Source: an uncultured Succinatimonas sp.
GTDB taxonomy: Bacteria; Pseudomonadota; Gammaproteobacteria; Enterobacterales; Succinivibrionaceae
NCBI GenBank assembly: GCA_905201175.1
Contig: CAJKNC010000001.1
Location: forward strand, 1-58,674
DNA: 58,674 nucleotides
Reading direction: 5' to 3'
The translations under genes were made by a program, and so were the position numbers. Numbering within the stretch: position 1 is the stretch's first letter; the number at the start of each line of letters is the position of its first letter. The notes under the pieces were generated by a model. That model was not told where the DNA came from and did no database searches. It was given only the letters and a program-made list of their open reading frames with translations. This document shows positions 58,455 to 58,674 of this stretch, piece by piece.

Positions 58455-58674
58455 AGTACATATTCCAACTTTTAAATGAACTTTAAACCTAAAATATTCA
58501 GGCCTAATAATAACCGAATTTTTACATCCGGTATTGATCACTTTCTATCCGCAATAATTGTTTTATATATCGGCTTAATCATGACCTTATTTTGAATTCT
58601 AGCATATTAAGTGAAATATTTTTGCACACATATTTCTATTTATTGCCGGTATAGGCTAATATTAAAAATAATTT

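Noticed and set aside
58455..58541. N-terminal extension of OmpA in the ORF track (similar extensions for rpoZ, menA, fmt)
   Set aside because: The signal peptide or family homology begins at a downstream ATG. The extensions are just open upstream frames.

Overview
A gene-dense, AT-rich bacterial chromosome segment made mostly of gammaproteobacterial housekeeping genes: tcdA, rep, ilvC/ilvY, pgi, dnaE, lgt-glmU-glmS, rsmJ-aroE-tsaC-purE-yrdD, def-fmt-rsmB-trkA-trkH, menA, rnb, prlC, an aminopeptidase P, pssA-recG-AsmA family, yihY, typA, glnL-glnG, engB-gmk-rpoZ-spoT, a PldB-like hydrolase, a CobW GTPase and ompA. Gene order and divergence suggest a gut anaerobe of the Aeromonadales such as Succinivibrionaceae; this is inference only. 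The left end carries a tRNA-Arg(CCG)/tRNA-Leu(CAG) pair. Beyond the tRNA-Leu 3' end lies a very AT-rich stretch with an AbiF/Abi_2 HEPN nuclease gene. That gene is preceded by a near-consensus sigma70 promoter and a GC-rich ~65-nt hairpin RNA ending in U9, the layout of an RNA-antitoxin (type III) defence module. Other stand-outs: (1) a non-DnaG Zn-finger/TOPRIM primase with an apparently dead helicase tail, between tcdA and rep; (2) a MelB-type permease fused to a PTS EIIA(Ntr/Fru) domain and overlapping an orphan, divergent ModA-like binding protein; (3) an NtrC that has lost GAFTGA and its ATPase motifs but keeps its receiver and HTH, with no adjacent glnA and with NtrC-box-like repeats upstream. 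No CRISPR array, transposase or integrase was seen. All calls come from reading motifs by eye; no database searches were run.
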